From Candidatus Poseidonia alphae (GTDB lineage: Archaea > Thermoplasmatota > Poseidoniia > Poseidoniales > Poseidoniaceae), in NCBI GenBank assembly GCA_002505405.1, contig DAVD01000037.1:187-64186 (forward strand): a DNA stretch of 64,000 nt, given 5' to 3'. The notes beneath the pieces were generated by a model, which made no database searches, was not told the DNA's origin, and saw nothing but the letters and a program-made list of their open reading frames with translations. Position 1 is the stretch's first letter; each line of letters starts with the position of its first letter. Made by a program: the position numbers and the translations under genes. Positions 47,502 to 56,597 of the stretch are shown in pieces.

Positions 47502-48911
47502 TCAGTCAACCAATTCCATGGCTTTTGGTTCGTGACGATGAATGAGGTAGTGCCACAGGTTGTCCGATGTTCCTTTTCCTTCCGTGCGTTGAATGACGAC
47601 GTTAGCATCTTTCGTGAACCGAGTTGAGAGAGCACCTTCGATGATCCCATCGTCCATTTCCCACATGGGTAATGCATCCGGGTCAGATACAGGCGGGTGG
47701 TTGAGGCCGACAATAACATGAAACTGAGGGTCAACATCGTATTGCAACATGCCCAATCCAGCATGCTCCCACCAGTCCATCATCTCATCGAGAAATTCGA
47801 TATCATTTTCTATAGAGCGGAGGGAGAAGGCGATTTCACGGCCAACACGGTTTCCGATTTGACGAAGCATCCGCCCCAAGTCAATCCCCAACACTTTCAG
47901 GTTCGAAAGTTTTCCTTCGGTAAGTTGCTTTCGAGCTTCATTGACTTCCTGTCCGGCAGCAAAAAAGGCCTCGGGGTCAAACGGGGTGTCCCCTTCCGGA
48001 AACTCACCGTCAAAGCCAAGGGCCACTGAGACATTTTTCAAGAACGAACCTTCACCGATTGTCAGGCGTAGCGGGTCATTGATTTGGTTCTCAGTAAATC
48101 GAGCTCGGGCAGTTTCCAATGGAACTGCGGCCTCCCAAATTGCATCGATGAGATGGAGGTGTGCTTGTGAGAAGGGTGACGACTCAATGATGAGCGCAGC
48201 ATCTTCTTTTCCACGTCCGACGGGGTTGTCTTCGATGTTCAAGTATTGAATGACTTCAGACTGGTCTTGGACGAATCCAAGCGAATCCAATTCGTCAGAA
48301 TGACGCACCTCAATACTTGAGTTGAGTTGGTCAAAGAACCGGAGTGTGCGTCCATCAAGATGTGTAATGATTTGCACGACTACACCGCGTACAGCTGCTG
48401 TGTTAACTGCCTCCAAAGCATCTGGGTTGCGGCAGAGGTGAAGAATTCCAAATTGACCGAGAAGGAGAATCAATCGCTCTTCCGATTCGTTAGCCATCTT
48501 TTGAAGCCTGTTGTAGATGTGGGTGCGTTCTTTGAGCACAGCGAACCGTGGGTCGTCAATGTCACGTCGTTGCTTCTCGTACGACGCATCGCTCTCTGTA
48601 ATGCCCTGGGAAAGGTCTTCAAAACCACCAACCAATCGGTCGAGTTGCTGCTTTCGTGATTGGATGATGTGTTCCATGGCTTCATTGACACGGAGGCTGG
48701 AAAAGAGCATTGGGCGGTCAGCTGTAGCCGTAACGATCCCCATCTCTTGCAGTCGAGAGAGACTGTTGTAGGCGTCCAAGCGTGTGGTGTTGAGCTCCTT
48801 AGCAAGTTCGGATGCCTTCATTTTTGGACGAGACCCGAGGATGAGGATGGAGCGCACCTCGCGTTCATTGAGGCCTGCCTCGAGGAGGAGTTCTTCCCAC
48901 ATTTCACTCAC
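47502..48911 (-). CDS. TrmB-family transcriptional regulator with a large C-terminal domain
   Basis: N-terminal GLNEREVRSILILGSRPKMKASELAKELNTTRLDAYNSLSRLQEMGIV. Confidence 0.7.
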   Translation of the reverse strand: MSEMWEELLLEAGLNEREVRSILILGSRPKMKASELAKELNTTRLDAYNSLSRLQEMGIVTATADRPMLFSSLRVNEAMEHIIQSRKQQLDRLVGGFEDLSQGITESDASYEKQRRDIDDPRFAVLKERTHIYNRLQKMANESEERLILLLGQFGILHLCRNPDALEAVNTAAVRGVVVQIITHLDGRTLRFFDQLNSSIEVRHSDELDSLGFVQDQSEVIQYLNIEDNPVGRGKEDAALIIESSPFSQAHLHLIDAIWEAAVPLETARARFTENQINDPLRLTIGEGSFLKNVSVALGFDGEFPEGDTPFDPEAFFAAGQEVNEARKQLTEGKLSNLKVLGIDLGRMLRQIGNRVGREIAFSLRSIENDIEFLDEMMDWWEHAGLGMLQYDVDPQFHVIVGLNHPPVSDPDALPMWEMDDGIIEGALSTRFTKDANVVIQRTEGKGTSDNLWHYLIHRHEPKAMELVD

Positions 48912-49371
48912 CTCCGGCGACCGTGGATATGTCTCCGAGAATCTTTGCGACGTGGCGGCGTGGCCTGAACAACCAGTCGTACACGTATTGAATGGTATTG
49001 TCGGGCCCTATGAGGAACGATGACTTGGCGGGAAACTGGCCGAGGTGCATCGGCACATTGTACATCGTGCCCACAATTCGTTCGGGGTCAGCGAGTAAAG
49101 GGAAGGGCAAATCTCCGAGTTCAAGTTTGAACGATGCTTGTTCTTCAACCGTGCCTGGGCCGATTCCAACAATTGAGCACCCAGCGGACTGGAACAGGTC
49201 GTGTTGTTGTTTGAAGGTCAGGCACCCTCGTTTGCACGTGGGAGAGTTGTGTCTTGAGTAGAAGAAAACGACGCGCCATGTGCCGTTGAGTGAGGCGCTG
49301 TCAAAGACATCTCCTGTATCGGTTTCAAGTTTAAATTGGGGGGCCGGTTGGCCGACGAGATTTATTTTCAT
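48904..49371 (-). CDS. Peroxiredoxin-like (AhpC/TSA, Bcp-type) thioredoxin-fold protein
   Basis: GQPAPQFKLETDTGDVFDSASLNGTWRVVFFYSRHNSPTCKRGC. Confidence 0.7.
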   Translation of the reverse strand: MKINLVGQPAPQFKLETDTGDVFDSASLNGTWRVVFFYSRHNSPTCKRGCLTFKQQHDLFQSAGCSIVGIGPGTVEEQASFKLELGDLPFPLLADPERIVGTMYNVPMHLGQFPAKSSFLIGPDNTIQYVYDWLFRPRRHVAKILGDISTVAGGE

Positions 49372-49380
49372 TTGAATTCC

Positions 49381-49992
49381 TCAGACCGGTAGTATGTGGC
49401 CCATTCTATCGGCCTTGGTCTGTAGATATGAACGGTTCTGTGCGCAATGCCCTACAATGATGGGCACTCGCGACTTGACCTCGATGCCGTAGTCCATGAG
49501 TTGAGCCTTCTTGTCGGGGTTGTTGGTAATCAATTCTACAGAGGTGACGCCCATTGAATAGAGCATTTCCGCAGCGAAATCATAGGTGCGCCCGTCTGCA
49601 GGAAGGCCAAGCGCTAGGTTTGCATCCAGTGTGTCGTATCCGATGTCTTGAAGGGCGTAGGCTTGCATTTTTGAATACAGGCCAATCCCTCTCCCTTCTT
49701 GTCGCAGGTAGACAATGGCTCCGCTTCCTGCTTCTTGAACGGCTTTCATCGAGGCTTGGAGTTGCGGGCCGCAATCACAGCGGAGCGATCCAAATGCGTC
49801 TCCGGTTAGACATTCCGAGTGCATGCGAACGAGCGGTGTTCCTTGAGAGATATCTCCTACATAGAGGACGGAGTGCTCCTTGCCGTCGCTAGGGTCTCTG
49901 AACGCACGAATTCGAAATTCTCCGTGCTCGGTGGGTAGGATGGCGTCCGCCTGGGGTTTGGGTGTCACTAGTAGTGCGCTTGGTGCTTGCAT
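49381..49992 (-). CDS. ribA: GTP cyclohydrolase II (bacterial-type RibA)
   Basis: RMHSECLTGDAFGSLRCDCGPQL (Zn-binding Cys triad), IVYLRQEGRGIGL. Start is ATG 49992 (Met25 of the track ORF). Confidence 0.85.
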   Translation of the reverse strand: MQAPSALLVTPKPQADAILPTEHGEFRIRAFRDPSDGKEHSVLYVGDISQGTPLVRMHSECLTGDAFGSLRCDCGPQLQASMKAVQEAGSGAIVYLRQEGRGIGLYSKMQAYALQDIGYDTLDANLALGLPADGRTYDFAAEMLYSMGVTSVELITNNPDKKAQLMDYGIEVKSRVPIIVGHCAQNRSYLQTKADRMGHILPV

Positions 49993-50015
49993 GTTAAAAA
50001 AAATATACATTTTTA

Positions 50016-50023
50016 CATATAAA
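50016..50023 (-). promoter_or_regulatory. TATA box TTTATATG (minus strand) for the ribA operon
   Basis: Centre is 27.5 nt upstream of the ribA ATG. Lies in the AT-rich stretch 49993-50030. Confidence 0.55.
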
Positions 50024-50060
50024 CTGCTGTTCACATCCGGCCAAAGGGCTAAACGGTTCT

Positions 50061-50068
50061 TCATATAG
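50061..50068 (+). promoter_or_regulatory. TATA-like box TCATATAG for the NUDIX-photolyase operon
   Basis: Centre is 26.5 nt upstream of ATG 50091. Confidence 0.45.
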
Positions 50069-50090
50069 TGAGTGATGAAATTTTGGTGTT

Positions 50091-50594
50091 ATGGGCAGAC
50101 TGATGTGCGATTTAGGGGTTGCAGCACGGGTCGTCCAAAACAACAAAATTTTACTCGTCCAAGAAGCCAGAGGAAGGTTCTCTGGTTGCTGGGGTTTGCC
50201 GAAAGGGCACGTTGAGGCAGGTGAAAGTCCGGAACAGGCTGTACTACGAGAGTTGGTTGAAGAAACCGAACTCAGTGGTGTCGTTCTCGGCCTAGCTGCA
50301 GTCCGCACCGCTCTCAAGAGCGATGACCCAGCGGTTTTCTTGTGCTACGATGTGGCCAGTAGAACCTCTTCGATCATCGACCAATCCGACGAGATCTCTG
50401 CAGCGGGCTGGTATTCCCTCATGCAATTAAACCAACTGACTTGGGTTTCTGAGACCATGCAACAACTCGCTATTGATGGTTTGAGCCAACGACAAACAAT
50501 GGAGGCCACCAATGGTTTGACCCCACGAGACACCCCATATGCTGTTTACAGAACGAATCGAAACCTCATGACCAACACGGGGGTCTCGCTGTGA
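50091..50594 (+). CDS. NUDIX hydrolase
   Basis: Nudix box GHVEAGESPEQAVLRELVEETEL. Confidence 0.8.
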   Translation: MGRLMCDLGVAARVVQNNKILLVQEARGRFSGCWGLPKGHVEAGESPEQAVLRELVEETELSGVVLGLAAVRTALKSDDPAVFLCYDVASRTSSIIDQSDEISAAGWYSLMQLNQLTWVSETMQQLAIDGLSQRQTMEATNGLTPRDTPYAVYRTNRNLMTNTGVSL

Positions 50595-52135
50595 TTCCAC
50601 CTGGAAGACTCAACGTTCACGGAGCGCTCAATACCAAGGGCAATTTCGTTGTCTATTGGATGACATCAGCACGCCGAGCCCACTGGAATCACGCGCTAGA
50701 ACACGCAGTAGATTTGGCCAACCAACACCAACAACCGCTCGTTGTGATCGAATGTCTTGCTCTCAACCACCGGTGGGCCAACGACCGCATCTCAACGTTT
50801 GTCCTCCAAGGAATGATTGACAATCGGGCCGCCTTCGCTCAGACCGGAGTCACTTATATCCCGTATGTCGAAACTCGGCCTAAGGAGGCTTCAGGTCTCC
50901 TCGAAGTTTGGCTAAAAGAAGCAACAGCATGCGTGATTGATGACTTTCCAACGTATTATCCTCGCCATGTTCTCGACACCGCATTGCAGTTCAATACCTG
51001 CGAACTTCACGTCGTCGATTCAAACGGCTTCATGGCTATGCGGGCTCAAGGCCGTGACTTTACTACTGCCTACTCGCTTCGCCGTCACCTGCACAAAACC
51101 ATTCTCGAACACATGTATGAATTTCCGCTCGCCAACCCGCTGGACAACGCCAGAAACCTCCCTATGATCGATGCAACACTGATCGAGGACATTTTCGCAA
51201 AAAGCAACACCCCCCTTACTCCATACGAATACCTATGGCGGGTTGCCGAAGGAGGGGATGTCGGGAAAAACGCGCTCTCCAAGCTTAAAATCGACCACAT
51301 GGTCCCTCCTGTTCTCACCAAAAAAGGAGGGAGCGTTGAAGCCCGTCGGCGATGGAAAGAATTCTTGAGCAAACGACTTGTCAACTACAACGAGATGCGC
51401 AACCAACCCCAAGAAAAGGGTGCGAGTGGAATTTCACCCTGGCTTCATTTTGGCCACATTGGTATTCATCAAATCATCAACGAGATTTTTACCGCTTACA
51501 GGTGGGACGTCTCAATGGTCACTCCCCCTAACGATGGACGAAGAAGCGGTTGGTGGGGCCTTCCCGAACCCGTTGAGGCTTTCCTTGACCAAATCATCAC
51601 TTGGAGGGACATTGGATTCATTCATTGCGCGATGAACCCCGACCACACGGAATTCTCCTCGCTCCCGCAATGGGCCCAAACCACCTTGGCAGAGCATTCA
51701 AACGACGAACGCCCTTACATCTACACCTTTGAACAGTTTGAAAAGGCCCAAACCCACGACCCACTTTGGAATGCTGCTCAACAACAATTGAGGCAAGAAG
51801 GCATTATTCACAATTATTTGCGAATGCTTTGGGGCAAGAAAATACTGGAATGGTCACCCGACCCCCAAACAGCGATGGAATGGATGATTGCCCTCAATGA
51901 CCGATGGGCCCTCGACGGGCGAGATCCAAATTCATACACCGGTATCGGATGGGTATTGGGCAAGTTTGACCGTGGTTGGACTGAACGCGATGTCTTCGGA
52001 AAAATAAGGTGCATGACCAGCGCTTCAACCATGCGTAAATTCAAAACCAAAGCCTACATCGAAAAATACAGTCAAGGGCACACCCAACAAACCGTGTTGG
52101 GTTCGGGCCCTTCACTTTACACCGCTCACCAATGA
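50591..52135 (+). CDS. phr: Class II CPD deoxyribodipyrimidine photolyase
   Basis: SGISPWLHFGHIG, IHNYLRMLWGKKILEW, GRDPNSYTGIGW. A GTGA overlap joins it to the NUDIX stop (50591-50594). Confidence 0.85.
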   Translation: MIPPGRLNVHGALNTKGNFVVYWMTSARRAHWNHALEHAVDLANQHQQPLVVIECLALNHRWANDRISTFVLQGMIDNRAAFAQTGVTYIPYVETRPKEASGLLEVWLKEATACVIDDFPTYYPRHVLDTALQFNTCELHVVDSNGFMAMRAQGRDFTTAYSLRRHLHKTILEHMYEFPLANPLDNARNLPMIDATLIEDIFAKSNTPLTPYEYLWRVAEGGDVGKNALSKLKIDHMVPPVLTKKGGSVEARRRWKEFLSKRLVNYNEMRNQPQEKGASGISPWLHFGHIGIHQIINEIFTAYRWDVSMVTPPNDGRRSGWWGLPEPVEAFLDQIITWRDIGFIHCAMNPDHTEFSSLPQWAQTTLAEHSNDERPYIYTFEQFEKAQTHDPLWNAAQQQLRQEGIIHNYLRMLWGKKILEWSPDPQTAMEWMIALNDRWALDGRDPNSYTGIGWVLGKFDRGWTERDVFGKIRCMTSASTMRKFKTKAYIEKYSQGHTQQTVLGSGPSLYTAHQ

Positions 52136-52148
52136 GAGACGATTGCAG

Positions 52149-53549
52149 ATGCCGACCTACGAACACATTGGCGATTTTGAGATGCCCGTTGACCGAGTAT
52201 GGCAGTGGTACGACAGCCCGGGGGCGTTCCGAAGAATCATGCCTGAGTGGGAAGGAATCACCCCAATCCAAGCAGGGGCCCTCAAAAACGGTGAGGAAAC
52301 CAAGTTCAAGGTCAGCCTCGGTCCAATCAAGCAGAAATGGATCGCCCGTCATCACGATGTGGTTGAGGGGGAAGTCTTTCACGACAGGATGGTCAAAGGC
52401 CCCTTCGGTGCCTGGGACCATGAACATCGATTTCTTCCGGTCGACGGAACTTCTTCTAAAATTCACGATACGGTTCAGTGGAAACTTCCTTTCCACATGC
52501 TGACATGGTGGACCGCCCCGTTCACCGTTAAAGGTCGAATGGACCAAATGTTCGCCTACCGGACACAACGTGTTCAATCGGATTTGTCGCGAATCGCTAT
52601 GTTTGACCACATGCCTCGCCAAAAGGTGTTGGTCACCGGTTCAACAGGACTGATCGGAATGCAACTCTGCGCCTTTTTGGCAGCGGCTGGTCACAACATC
52701 ACACGGCTGGTACGACCAACAACTCGGCTCCCCCCAGATGCTTCCAACGATTCGGTCATTGTATGGGATGATGTCAAAGGAACCGTCCTTGAAGGGGATT
52801 TGAACGGCTTTGATACGGTAATACACCTTGCAGGAGCCGGAATTGGAGATAAGCGTTGGAACAAAAAACGCAAGGAACTTATTGAAACGAGCAGAACCGT
52901 CCCAACGAGGAATTTAGCAACCCTCCTCGCAAACTTGAATCAGCCGCCGAAGACATTCCTCTCCGGTTCTGCTATCGGGTTTTATGGGGACCGGGGCGAT
53001 GAAGTGCTCGATGAAACTTCAGAAGGTGGCGATAATTTCCTCGCAGGCACCGTGCGCCGGTGGGAAGAATCCGCACAACCAGCAGCAGATGCCGGAATAC
53101 GCACTGCATGGATGCGAACTGGAATCGTAGTCACGCCCATGGGCGGGGCGTTGAAGAAACTCCTTCTTCCTGCAAATTTGGGAGCCGGTGGCCCGGTTGG
53201 TGGCGGCAAACAATACTACTCCTGGGTTTCTCTTGACGATCAAATCTATGCCATCCATCATCTGATGATGACGCCGGAATGCGAAGGTCGATTCAATTTG
53301 ACAGCACCGAACCCCCTTACCCAGAAACAGTTTGCAAAAGCAATGGGGAAAGTCATGCGTCGCCCAGCCTTCGCACCGCTGCCCGGCTTTGTCCTCAAGA
53401 TTCTTTTAGGCGAAATGGCGCAATCTTTAGTCCTGGACGGTCAACGGGTTCTACCTAATCGCTTGGTGGAAAGCGGTTATTCGTTTCAACATCAGAACTT
53501 GGAAGCCTGTTTGCGCCAATGCCTTGGTAAACAGAAACTCACAAGGTGA
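52149..53549 (+). CDS. SRPBCC-domain fused to an SDR/epimerase-like protein (TIGR01777/DUF1731-type)
   Basis: N-terminal about 150 aa START/SRPBCC-like. Then VLVTGSTGLIGMQLCAFLAAAGHNITRLVR. C-terminal QRVLPNRLVESGYSFQH. Confidence 0.75.
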   Translation: MPTYEHIGDFEMPVDRVWQWYDSPGAFRRIMPEWEGITPIQAGALKNGEETKFKVSLGPIKQKWIARHHDVVEGEVFHDRMVKGPFGAWDHEHRFLPVDGTSSKIHDTVQWKLPFHMLTWWTAPFTVKGRMDQMFAYRTQRVQSDLSRIAMFDHMPRQKVLVTGSTGLIGMQLCAFLAAAGHNITRLVRPTTRLPPDASNDSVIVWDDVKGTVLEGDLNGFDTVIHLAGAGIGDKRWNKKRKELIETSRTVPTRNLATLLANLNQPPKTFLSGSAIGFYGDRGDEVLDETSEGGDNFLAGTVRRWEESAQPAADAGIRTAWMRTGIVVTPMGGALKKLLLPANLGAGGPVGGGKQYYSWVSLDDQIYAIHHLMMTPECEGRFNLTAPNPLTQKQFAKAMGKVMRRPAFAPLPGFVLKILLGEMAQSLVLDGQRVLPNRLVESGYSFQHQNLEACLRQCLGKQKLTR

Positions 53550-54012
53550 ACATGTGAGCGCAGCGACTTCTTGGGTTGGCCAGCCTTTTCCAACGTTCAA
53601 TATGCGAGCGGATGACGGCCAGCAATGGGATAACGAACGGCTTCATGGATCATGGAGCGTGTTTTTTTTCTATCCAAAAGACAGATCGCCTGGCTGCAGT
53701 GTCCAAGCTCAAACCTTTGCTAAGGAAGAAGAACAATTCGCAGCTTATGGGGCTCGTCTGTTCGGTGTCTCGAGTGACTCCATTCAATCCCATGCAGAGT
53801 TCAAGTGCGATATTGGTGGGAACCTTGTTTTATTGAGCGATGAAAAATCCCAACTTCGCAAAAAATTGCGATTGGGCCGTACCCTTGGAATCATTCCTCA
53901 AAGAGTGACGTTTGTGGTCGACCCACATGGTACGGTGAAATGGGTTCTCAATTCACAACTTGGTGTAAAAAAGCACGTTTACGGGTCGCTGAGGTATCTT
54001 TCAGCCCTCTAA
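53524..54012 (+). CDS. bcp: Peroxiredoxin Bcp (1-Cys type)
   Basis: GQPFPTFNMRADDGQQW...WSVFFFYPKDRSPGCSVQAQTF. The true start may be GTG 53554, just after the upstream stop. Confidence 0.75.
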   Translation: MVNRNSQGEHVSAATSWVGQPFPTFNMRADDGQQWDNERLHGSWSVFFFYPKDRSPGCSVQAQTFAKEEEQFAAYGARLFGVSSDSIQSHAEFKCDIGGNLVLLSDEKSQLRKKLRLGRTLGIIPQRVTFVVDPHGTVKWVLNSQLGVKKHVYGSLRYLSAL

Positions 54013-54023
54013 GTCGCTGAAAT

Positions 54024-56597
54024 GTGCGCATGCCTCGCAGGAGAGGTTTTGATAATCCAATTCTACATCCCCCTATCATGCGCGGCAAAGCTGTGATGGC
54101 GATTTTCGTCTGCGTCGCGCTGCTTCAACTCCCGTTTGCTTCAGCAGATGACAGTGCTGCAAGCGCAAATGGACTCACCGATGGAGTGAGTTCAAGCGGG
54201 TATGTTTGTTCAAATGACGGATGCTCTCCGCAAGATGCAAAAGACTACTGGAAAATCCAAGGGAAAAAGGGAGACATCGTCCAAGTTACCTTCTCCGGAA
54301 GCATGAGCAATCCGTACTGGTTGTGTTTCAATGATGGGTGGGAAGGGACCTTTACGATGGGTTCTACGTCTGCAAATGTTGACGACGGCAATCCAAGCCG
54401 TTCGCTTTCAACAACCCTCTCCACTGCAGGCGAAATAAGCCTCAAGGTTGAAGGAAAGGATTCCTTGTGCAATGACGGCTTTGATTATACCCTGACTCCA
54501 AGCATCGACAAGACCAACCGAGACTCGGATGAGGATGGATTTGTTGATACCGACGACGACTGTGTTGACCTGGTTGGTTCGTCAACCAACGACCGCAACG
54601 GCTGTACAGATTCTGATGGTGACGGATGGTCAGACCCCGATTCCGGCTGGGGCGCTCAGAACGGAGCGGATGCCTTTCCAAGTGAAGTCACGCAATGGCT
54701 GGACTCGGATAACGACGGTTACGGCGATAACCGAGAAGGATACATGGGTGACCATTGTCAGTTCAGTCGTGGATACTCTTCTTCCGACCGATTCGGTTGC
54801 ATTGACTCCGATGGTGATTCCTATTCTGACCCTGACCCCGGTGGGCTCAATGGCTACGAGCCATGGTTTTCTCACCCTACCGGGACTGCCGACGCCTTCT
54901 TGAATGACGGTTCTCAATGGAACGATACGGATTTCGATGGTTACGGAGACAACTGGGCAGATGGGGCATTGAACAGCACAAGAGCCGTTTGGGAGATCGG
55001 ACAATATTTCTTCAACGCAACTCAACCGGATGCGTGCCCGTTTGTAACAGGCACTTCCTCATCGGACCGGTATGGATGTCCCGACGGAGACGGTGATTCG
55101 TTTTCAGATGGTGATGAAAATTGGACTCTAGACAACGGCTCAGACGCTTTCCCAGCAGAACCAACCCAATGGGAAGATACCGACCGTGATGGTTGGGGCG
55201 ATAACCAATCTGAGGGAGCGCTCTTCATCGATGATTTCCCTTTCAACCCGAGTCAATGGCGTGATACGGATGGAGACGGGTGGGGTGATAACCAAACCTA
55301 CGGCGCCACTCAAGTCGACGCCTTCCCATTTGTTCCGACTCAATATCAAGATACAGACGGCGATGGTTACGGTGACAACCTTGCTGGATTCGAGGGTGAT
55401 GTTTGCGTATCTTCCACCCCCGAAGAGGTTGATTCGGGATGGATTTCACGCTTTGACCGTCTCGGTTGCCGAGATGTTGACCGTGACGGTTACTCTGACC
55501 CGACAGAAGGTTGGATCGCCCATCCGTCTGGCTTTGCCGATGCGTTCCCCAACGATGCGAGTCAATGGCACGATACCGATGATGACGGCTATGGTGACAA
55601 CCTCGAATTCTTTGACGGGCAAGCTTGGCGTCCTTCTTACCGGCCCGATGGCTGCCGAACGACATTGGGCGATTCTACTTTTGACCGGTGGGGCTGTCCA
55701 GACCAGGATGGTGATGGATGGTCAGACGCAACGTCCTACTGGTTGGCAAGTCCGGGTGGAATGGGCGATGCTTGGCCAGAAGATCCCACTCAATGGCACG
55801 ATATTGACGGTGATGGCAGAGGCGATAATCCAATGGGCACTACCGCAGATGTTTGTCCAGACGTTGCTGGAACTTCCGTCGGGCCTTCTTCCGGTGGAGA
55901 CCGTTGGGGTTGCCAGGACACTGACGGTGATGGATGGTCAGACCTTGGGGACGCTTTTATTCACGAACCGACCCAATGGCGAGACAGTGATGGTGACGCA
56001 TTTGGAGACCGAATTGACGGCCATCAAGGAGATGCTTGCCCCGAAACCCGAGGAACATCGATTCTTGACCGGCTCGGGTGCAGGGATACCGATGGAGACG
56101 GATGGTCGGACCCGAGTGATTCATGGCCTGCTCATCCATTCGGGACAGGAGATGCATTCCCTACGGAATCCTTGCAATGGAAAGATTCTGATCAAGACGG
56201 TTTCGGAGACCTCCCCCTTGGGGCACTACGAGACGACTGCCCCGAAGAATTTGGTACTTCTAAGCGAGATTTACAAGGCTGTGTTGACAACAACGGTGAC
56301 GGTTGGTCCAACGATTACGGTGGATTTGCCGCAGCCATCGCCATCATGGGAGAAGACCCTGCGGCCTCTTGGCTGACCTATCTTGTCGTCGGCCTCGGAT
56401 TCATCTTTGGTGCGGTTGCAGCTCTTATCGTACGTACTTCGAGAGAACGTTCGATCTTGATGGAGCAATTGGCCTTTGATAAGGAATTGGAGACCGACCA
56501 GACCGATTTGCTTCAAGCCCCCGTTGAACCACGGATTATCCCGATCGATGAACTCCCTCCTCTCCCCATGGCCCCCGGAGGTGAGCAACATGAATGA
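54024..56597 (+). CDS. Surface protein built from thrombospondin type-3-like Ca-binding repeats, with C-terminal TM anchor
   Basis: More than 20 D-x-D-x-DG-x-x-D-type units (DTDGDGWSD, DSDNDGYGDN, DTDRDGWGDN ...), interleaved with C-x(n)-G-x-S-x3-R-x-GC pairs. The likely start is ATG 54078 (MRGKAVMAIFVCVALLQLPFASA). TM segment LTYLVVGLGFIFGAVAALIV. Confidence 0.8.
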   Translation: MRMPRRRGFDNPILHPPIMRGKAVMAIFVCVALLQLPFASADDSAASANGLTDGVSSSGYVCSNDGCSPQDAKDYWKIQGKKGDIVQVTFSGSMSNPYWLCFNDGWEGTFTMGSTSANVDDGNPSRSLSTTLSTAGEISLKVEGKDSLCNDGFDYTLTPSIDKTNRDSDEDGFVDTDDDCVDLVGSSTNDRNGCTDSDGDGWSDPDSGWGAQNGADAFPSEVTQWLDSDNDGYGDNREGYMGDHCQFSRGYSSSDRFGCIDSDGDSYSDPDPGGLNGYEPWFSHPTGTADAFLNDGSQWNDTDFDGYGDNWADGALNSTRAVWEIGQYFFNATQPDACPFVTGTSSSDRYGCPDGDGDSFSDGDENWTLDNGSDAFPAEPTQWEDTDRDGWGDNQSEGALFIDDFPFNPSQWRDTDGDGWGDNQTYGATQVDAFPFVPTQYQDTDGDGYGDNLAGFEGDVCVSSTPEEVDSGWISRFDRLGCRDVDRDGYSDPTEGWIAHPSGFADAFPNDASQWHDTDDDGYGDNLEFFDGQAWRPSYRPDGCRTTLGDSTFDRWGCPDQDGDGWSDATSYWLASPGGMGDAWPEDPTQWHDIDGDGRGDNPMGTTADVCPDVAGTSVGPSSGGDRWGCQDTDGDGWSDLGDAFIHEPTQWRDSDGDAFGDRIDGHQGDACPETRGTSILDRLGCRDTDGDGWSDPSDSWPAHPFGTGDAFPTESLQWKDSDQDGFGDLPLGALRDDCPEEFGTSKRDLQGCVDNNGDGWSNDYGGFAAAIAIMGEDPAASWLTYLVVGLGFIFGAVAALIVRTSRERSILMEQLAFDKELETDQTDLLQAPVEPRIIPIDELPPLPMAPGGEQHE
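54523..56320 (+). repeat. Coding tandem array of TSP3-like Asp/Gly-rich repeat units
   Basis: Periodic GAY-GGN-GAY codon runs. They produce long stop-free alternative frames (for example ORF 55186-56376). Confidence 0.8.

Noticed and set aside
55186-56376. Long alternative-frame and antisense ORFs inside repeat genes. These include the 396-aa ORF at 55186-56376, the 242-aa ORF at 62957-63685, and ORFs at 63164-63784, 54529-54903 and 55243-55665.
   Set aside because: They lie wholly inside the TSP3-like repeat coding regions, whose GAY/GGN-rich periodic codons are stop-poor in all frames. The products are low-complexity (R/H/Q/T-rich) with no motifs.
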